Shown here piece by piece: positions 58,902 to 64,000 of a stretch of DNA of 64,000 nt. The position numbers and the translations under genes were made by a program. Every line of letters begins with the position of its first letter. Position 1 is the stretch's first letter. The notes beneath the pieces are model-generated. The model saw only the letters and a program-made list of their open reading frames with translations. It was not told the DNA's origin and searched no databases. The stretch spans positions 96,001 through 160,000 of the forward strand of contig CAVWUU010000004.1 in assembly GCA_963758295.1 (NCBI GenBank). Reading direction: 5' to 3'. Source of the DNA: Candidatus Eremiobacteria bacterium. GTDB lineage: Bacteria; Vulcanimicrobiota; Vulcanimicrobiia; Vulcanimicrobiales; Vulcanimicrobiaceae.

Positions 58902-59816
58902 ATGAATACGCTAATGAAGCGCGTCTATTCGTTTGCGGCGGTAATGGCGCTTTCGCTGCTGGCTCTAACGGCAGCGGCGCTTGCTTTAACGCCCGCACCT
59001 TCCCATGCGAGTCCCGCTCGTGTAGCGGCCGCCGGCCCGGCGCCATTTCCGTCCCCGGACGATCTCCTTATCGCGATCCGGAACAGGTTCCGCTCGCACC
59101 GGCCGCCGCCGCCCTTCGAGATCTACACGCTGGAACGGTCGCAACAGACCAGCTACGGCTACCCCGACTATAACGACACGTATACCTATCACATCTGGTA
59201 TCGTTCCTACGATCACGCCGCGATGGAACGCAAGCATTTCCACCTCGGCGCAATCGGCAACTTGGAATTCAAACGGCCGATGTTCAACGTTGCGGACGAT
59301 CCCGGTCCGCCGACGGCCGACGTTTTCGAGCCGGCGCCGCTTCATACGCTTGCCCCGGATTTCGTTCCGACTCCCGAGGCGAGCATGCCGCCGATCATTG
59401 CGACGGTGCGCGTTCGCGCAAACTTCGACTACCGAGTCACGGCGGTGCAGCGTGAGGGCTCGCTCATTCACGTCTCGATCATGCCGAAGCGCGATCCCGA
59501 CCGTAACCGCCTGCGCGAGCTGTGGGTCGATGCCAAAACGCTTGATTTAAAGAAGATCATTGCGACGGACAAACTTTTCATCCAAGGCGGCCCGGTGTAT
59601 CCGATTCTCTTCACGATCGACTTCGATATGCTTGCGGGCGTGCCGATCATTACGCACATCCACGGCGAAGTTGCGGACCCGTCCTACGACGGCGACGGAA
59701 AAACCGTCGAGTACGTCTTCAAAGACATCGTCTTTCCGAAGGCGCTACCCGACTGGTATTTCAATGCTCGCGATTACGCCCAGCACACGAACGACGCGCC
59801 GGACAACGACGGGTAG
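58902..59816 (+). CDS. Secreted hypothetical protein (same family as 38805/39673)
   Basis: Signal peptide; PPF..YT, PGPP, PIIATV, LRELWVD and F..I.FP..LP motifs. Confidence 0.78.
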   Translation: MNTLMKRVYSFAAVMALSLLALTAAALALTPAPSHASPARVAAAGPAPFPSPDDLLIAIRNRFRSHRPPPPFEIYTLERSQQTSYGYPDYNDTYTYHIWYRSYDHAAMERKHFHLGAIGNLEFKRPMFNVADDPGPPTADVFEPAPLHTLAPDFVPTPEASMPPIIATVRVRANFDYRVTAVQREGSLIHVSIMPKRDPDRNRLRELWVDAKTLDLKKIIATDKLFIQGGPVYPILFTIDFDMLAGVPIITHIHGEVADPSYDGDGKTVEYVFKDIVFPKALPDWYFNARDYAQHTNDAPDNDG

Positions 59817-59974
59817 CTACTCGTCCCGCACGTAGAGCGTCCACGGACGTTCGGGGTGATGGTCCGCGGGAAACGTCTCGCCCTTGTTAAGGTGAATGCG
59901 GTGCCCGCATTCAGCGCATTCATACTGTCCCGATTCGGGATCGTCTGTCCTTGGTGACCGAAAACCTCTGCCAT
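59817..59974 (-). CDS. Small zinc-ribbon/YjzC-like protein (one frameshift)
   Basis: Adding one base near 59937 gives MAEVFGHQGQTIPESGQYECAECGHRIHLNKGETFPADHHPERPWTLYVRDE. Confidence 0.6.
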
Positions 59975-60053
59975 AGCAGCGGCTTACCCGAAGCACCCGG
60001 GAGTGAAAACGCGGAAGCGAACAACCTCGCGGCCGCCGTTCCGCGCGGCTTGG

Positions 60054-60887
60054 CTAACAGAGCGTGCGCAACGCTTCGCGGGCGTCTCGGTCCTCGGGCA
60101 GATCGGCGGGACGCACGTAGGTTGCGCGATAGACGGTTTTGCCGAAGACAAAAAGCGCTTCTTCGTATCGCATCGGCGGATCGTCGTAGAGCTTTTCATA
60201 CGAAATGAACCAACCGGGTCGCGTGCCGTTACACGCGGCTTCCGCTCGGCTTGCGTACACCTTATCGCCTTCGCGCTGTAGTGTGTCCAACACGTCGCCG
60301 ACCGCACCGTCCAAAGACGGGTCGGGCGCGTCTAGTTCGACTCGCCGTTGCCACAAAAGCAAACGCGGAACGAATCGCGCGGTTTGATGGTGCCAATCCA
60401 ACCACAGCGTCACGCCGTTTTCGGCGATGTTTCCGTAGTCTTGCTTCGCCCAACCGCGCGGCGCGCTAAGTGAAGGAGATGCGGGAATGGGAATCGGTCG
60501 CATTCGTATCCGCGAGTGCGGCGAACTTCGCTTGGCGATAAGCGCCTTTTGAACTCTCTGCTTGATTTTTGGCGTAGAGCGCTTGCGAGGCTCAATGCTC
60601 TTTGGTGTAACGCTCGCTACGGCCGCAACGATCTTCGGTGAAGGCACAATGCGCGGCACGGCGGGTTTCGCCGTCGACGACGCGTGCGATGGGGCGCGGC
60701 GTTCGATCCGAAGAACGGATCTCGATACGGTGAGGACTTCGTTGCGACCGCCGCTTTCCACGTGCACCGGGAGAAGCAGCGGAGCAAGCACGACGGCACC
60801 GCACACATTGATTGATGCAGAGAGAACGAGCGACCATAGCAGTCGATTGCGTCCCGAGCGTCGATGTGCCGGTTCTCGCGTGAGCAT
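60054..60887 (-). CDS. Membrane-anchored protein with basic/Pro-rich linker and C-terminal globular domain
   Basis: TonB-like anchor (S..IN), K/P-rich linker, then APRGW..C.G..GW..Y and a C-terminal LC. Confidence 0.65.
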   Translation of the reverse strand: MLTREPAHRRSGRNRLLWSLVLSASINVCGAVVLAPLLLPVHVESGGRNEVLTVSRSVLRIERRAPSHASSTAKPAVPRIVPSPKIVAAVASVTPKSIEPRKRSTPKIKQRVQKALIAKRSSPHSRIRMRPIPIPASPSLSAPRGWAKQDYGNIAENGVTLWLDWHHQTARFVPRLLLWQRRVELDAPDPSLDGAVGDVLDTLQREGDKVYASRAEAACNGTRPGWFISYEKLYDDPPMRYEEALFVFGKTVYRATYVRPADLPEDRDAREALRTLC

Positions 60888-61129
60888 CGTCCCGTCCTTG
60901 TTCCGGCTTTTTCGCTACGATGCGGTAAGCGATTATTCAAACGTTTCGCCGCCCAGTACCTATAGGTGCGCGAGCGCGTGTTCGGCGGATGTGCGGTCGT
61001 AAAACACCTGGCCTTCAAACCCGCCGCCCGGTTGCTGGTTTTGCTTCATTCATTCGAGTCTGTAACGCTGCTTACTAAAACGCATCAGCGATGTACCGAG
61101 TCGACGTCAATTGGCAACAAGTACCTGCA

Positions 61130-62443
61130 ATGATGAATGCAGTAGCGGAGTATGCCGCAACGCTCGAGACGCACTACCGGGTCGCGATCGGCGCCATGGT
61201 TGCTAGGGCCGATACCGTATTGATCGGCGACGCGTCACATGGCACGTCGGAATTCTATCGGGAGCGCGCCCGCTTGACGCGGCGGCTGATCGAAGATTTC
61301 GGTTTCAACGCAGTCGTCGTCGAGGCCGATTGGCCCGACGCGCAGCGCGTCGATCGTTACGCTTCGGGCATGGGCCAGGATTCGACCGCAGAAGAGGCGC
61401 TGCGATCTTTTCATCGATTTCCGCTTTGGATGTGGCGCAACGCCGAGACGGCGGAATTCGTGGAATGGCTCCGCTCGTACAATGGTGAGAATCCCGGCCG
61501 GATGTGCGGATTCTACGGCATGGATTTGTACAGCCTGCACTCGTCTATGCGCGCTGTCATTGCGTATTTGGATACCGTCGATCCCGAAGCCGCGAAACGC
61601 GCTCGCGAGCGCTATTCATGCTTCGACCGCTACGGCCCCGATCCACAGCGTTACGGCTATCTCGCGATGCTTGGCAACGAAGATGGCTGCGTTAAGGCAG
61701 TTCGCGACCAGCTCTCTGAGATGCAGCAATTGGCTAAGGAGTGGCTAGGCGAAGACCGTAGCCGGTCATCCGCAGCGTTTTTCGTTGCCGAGCAAAACGC
61801 GCGTCTGGTTGAAAATGCCGAAGAGTACTACCGTACGATGTTCACCGGACGCGTGAATGGCTGGAACTTGCGTGATTCGCATATGGTCCAGACCATCGAC
61901 GCGCTGGAAGAGTATTTGGGATCGAACGGCATTCAGCCGCGCATCGTGGTCTGGGCGCACAACTCGCACCTTGGCAACGCGGCCGCGACAGAGATGTCGA
62001 GCTACGGCGAGTTCAACGTCGGTGAGCTCGTACGCAAACGAAAAGGCGCACACGCCGTGGCGATCGGCATGACCACTTACGATGGAACCGTAATGGCGGC
62101 AAGTGATTGGGACGCGCCGCATAGCGAACATTTGGTGCAGCCGGCGATCGAAGGCAGCTTCGAAGAGTTGTTTCATACCACCGGTCTGGGTTCCGATTTT
62201 GCGCTCATTTTACGGAATGCGCCGGCCGAATTACGGTCTCAACTGGGACAGCGTCTCGAGCGCGCAATCGGCGTAGTCTATCGTCCGCAGACCGAACGTC
62301 AAAGCCATTACTTCGAGGCTGATATCGCGAGCCAATTCGACGTCGTAATGCATGTGGACCGCACGCATGCGGTAGAACCGTTGGATGGCTTCGAGCGCGA
62401 CGCGGTCGAGGAATTTTCGGAAACATACCCGACCGGCGAATGA
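61130..62443 (+). CDS. Erythromycin esterase family protein
   Basis: IG.ASHGT.EFY..RA, EADWPDA, FP.WMWRN, WNLRD.HM, WAHNSHLG and RAIGVVYRP motifs. Confidence 0.9.
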   Translation: MMNAVAEYAATLETHYRVAIGAMVARADTVLIGDASHGTSEFYRERARLTRRLIEDFGFNAVVVEADWPDAQRVDRYASGMGQDSTAEEALRSFHRFPLWMWRNAETAEFVEWLRSYNGENPGRMCGFYGMDLYSLHSSMRAVIAYLDTVDPEAAKRARERYSCFDRYGPDPQRYGYLAMLGNEDGCVKAVRDQLSEMQQLAKEWLGEDRSRSSAAFFVAEQNARLVENAEEYYRTMFTGRVNGWNLRDSHMVQTIDALEEYLGSNGIQPRIVVWAHNSHLGNAAATEMSSYGEFNVGELVRKRKGAHAVAIGMTTYDGTVMAASDWDAPHSEHLVQPAIEGSFEELFHTTGLGSDFALILRNAPAELRSQLGQRLERAIGVVYRPQTERQSHYFEADIASQFDVVMHVDRTHAVEPLDGFERDAVEEFSETYPTGE

Positions 62444-62665
62444 TAAGTAGTACCAGCCTGTTAAGTCCTCGTAGACGAGCGCGTTAGCACCGGTAAGACG
62501 CTCGCGTTGCACGGCTCGAGCCGCGCAGATGCCGTTGAGGCATACTATCGCGACGCGTGCTTTCGATAAGCCAACTGCCCGATTGCGGCATGGACCTCGT
62601 TCGCATGCTCGGGGTCAAGTGACCCCTCGCTGAAACACCGTCAAATTTGCGCAGTAGGAAGTGGC

Positions 62666-62932
62666 ATGCGTCTCTTCCGCCTTTTCAACGCTGCCCGTAA
62701 GTCGTTGCCGCGCGTACTACCCCTTATGCGCGACGCACGCGTTCCGGTTTCGCTAAAAGCCCTCGCCGGCGTAGCGGCCGTGCTTATCGTTTCTCCGCTA
62801 GACGTATTCGGTGATATTCCCGTGCTCGGCACGCTTGATGATGCGGCGCTTTTGACGCTGGCCGCGGTTTGGTTCGTGCGAATCGCAGCGCCGCACGTGG
62901 AACCCAAACCCCTACGCGTTAGCGCACGGTAA
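62666..62932 (+). CDS. YkvA/DUF1232 family membrane protein
   Basis: D.RVP...K and SPLD...D.IPVLG.LDD motifs. Confidence 0.85.
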   Translation: MRLFRLFNAARKSLPRVLPLMRDARVPVSLKALAGVAAVLIVSPLDVFGDIPVLGTLDDAALLTLAAVWFVRIAAPHVEPKPLRVSAR

Positions 62933-62995
62933 ACCGCTCGCGTTCATTGTTCTCCTCCAGCTCGATTACGCCGTCGCGCCGAAAAGTCGGTGGCT

Positions 62996-64000
62996 CTACC
63001 GGTTGTAATCTCCCACCGCGCCGCGCAGAACCGTGATGGAGCGTCCCTGCAACGCGAATTGCGTTGCGCGCGACGCGCGCAGCCACGTCACTTTCGGCGG
63101 ATCGTTCGGTGAGGGAATTGAGAGAGCTCCTTGGCGGTGCCAAACGTACTGTTGCGGCCCGAACGTTATCGCTTCGACGGCGCCGGAGAATTGTGAAGCG
63201 CCGCCATTGTTGATGAAGCGCACGGTGACCGTGCGAGGCTTCGGATCTTTATTCACGAGCAGAAGCGACCACGTACGATCGAGGCCTTGCATTGGATACG
63301 CAGTGACGGACGGCCGCCCCATTAGGGTCGCGGTTGACGTCGCCCGGTAAAGCGTAGCGGTGGAATTTCCCGGTGAAAACCAGCGGTTCATCAGCATGCG
63401 CGCGGCCCAGAACTGCGCGGCGCGCGCGTGGATTCGTGCTCGCGCGTCGGCTACGAACATGGCAAGGCTGCCCCAGTCTTGGGGGCAAGCGGCATTCTGT
63501 GAAAGTGGCACGGGCTCGTATTGGTAATAAGCCACCTTTCGAACGCCGTTCTCGAGTGCACTCGCGATAAAGTCCGCCTGCCATAGCGCGCCTTCGATAG
63601 TCATCGGAGTTGCCGTATATGGATTCGTGGAGAAGTTCGCTTCGGTAATGTACATTGGAACTGCCGCCGGCAACCCGTCGTTACGAACCGCACGGACGAC
63701 GCGCGCCATAACCGCCGGTTCATCCAGTAGGTCCGCCGTGAGCCGCTCGCCGCTATCGCAGCCGTTAAACGGATAATGTTCGAACGACATGAACGAAAGA
63801 TCGCGCATGGCGCCGTGCGACCGGAGATACTTAAAAAAGCGGCTCAGCCAGGAATGATTGCCGGCAGCGTCACTCCAAACCGCTACATCGCCGTTGGCGC
63901 CGGCGAGGACCGGACCCCCAAGCTTCAGCGATGGATCGACACCGCGCAACGCTTTTGCCCACTGCACGTAAAGCGCAGCATAGTCTTCGGGCATGGCATA
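62996..64000 (-). CDS. Clan GH-A glycoside hydrolase (GH39/GH44-like); 5' part lies outside the window
   Basis: P..Y, DP..KLGGP, SF.HYP, YITE.N nucleophile region and LLVNK beta-sandwich. Confidence 0.72.
   Translation of the reverse strand, partial: YAMPEDYAALYVQWAKALRGVDPSLKLGGPVLAGANGDVAVWSDAAGNHSWLSRFFKYLRSHGAMRDLSFMSFEHYPFNGCDSGERLTADLLDEPAVMARVVRAVRNDGLPAAVPMYITEANFSTNPYTATPMTIEGALWQADFIASALENGVRKVAYYQYEPVPLSQNAACPQDWGSLAMFVADARARIHARAAQFWAARMLMNRWFSPGNSTATLYRATSTATLMGRPSVTAYPMQGLDRTWSLLLVNKDPKPRTVTVRFINNGGASQFSGAVEAITFGPQQYVWHRQGALSIPSPNDPPKVTWLRASRATQFALQGRSITVLRGAVGDYNR

Noticed and set aside
60935..61049. Short minus-strand ORF MKQNQQPGGGFEGQVFYDR... with an internal TAG (possible readthrough)
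   Set aside because: It has no recognisable family or SD, and nothing supports stop-codon recoding.
61130..62443. Erythromycin esterase as an antibiotic-resistance gene
   Set aside because: It belongs to the broad chromosomal family with no mobile context; activity on macrolides cannot be inferred from sequence.
62444..62645. Possible degraded minus-strand gene between the esterase and DUF1232
   Set aside because: It needs multiple frameshifts to reconstruct and matches nothing I recognise.

Overview
A GC-rich, gene-dense bacterial chromosomal segment, mostly housekeeping. The gene order is Bacillota-like (rpsU-yqeY-nfeD-floA-phoH-ybeY-dgkA-cdd-recO; yceD-rpmF-fabH-fabD-fabG-acpP-ffh-rpsP-khpA-rimM). 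Together with the many lineage-specific secreted proteins, this suggests a Terrabacteria lineage such as Vulcanimicrobiota/Eremiobacterota, which is an inference and not proven. The window holds about 85 CDSs, 9 tRNAs and the RNase P RNA. I found no transposase, integrase, phage gene or CRISPR array. Many conserved genes (pyrG, ybeY, tadA, msrA and others) carry single-base frameshifts, densest at about 19.1-24.8 kb; these are most likely consensus errors rather than true pseudogenes. The best candidate for an undescribed system is a three-gene minus-strand cassette at 41946-43238: a signal-peptide-less lytic transglycosylase followed by two small paralogous helical proteins resembling type III secretion pilin/needle/rod subunits, with no secretion-core genes nearby. 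Other notable signals are tandem NrdR-like boxes before an SRPBCC gene, a CIRCE element before an FmdB zinc-ribbon gene, tRNA-Ser-derived direct and inverted repeats, a Pro-rich uORF coupled to a CorC/CNNM transporter, a four-member secreted protein family, a recurring leaderless promoter-like motif, and several small ORFs missed by the ORF track.
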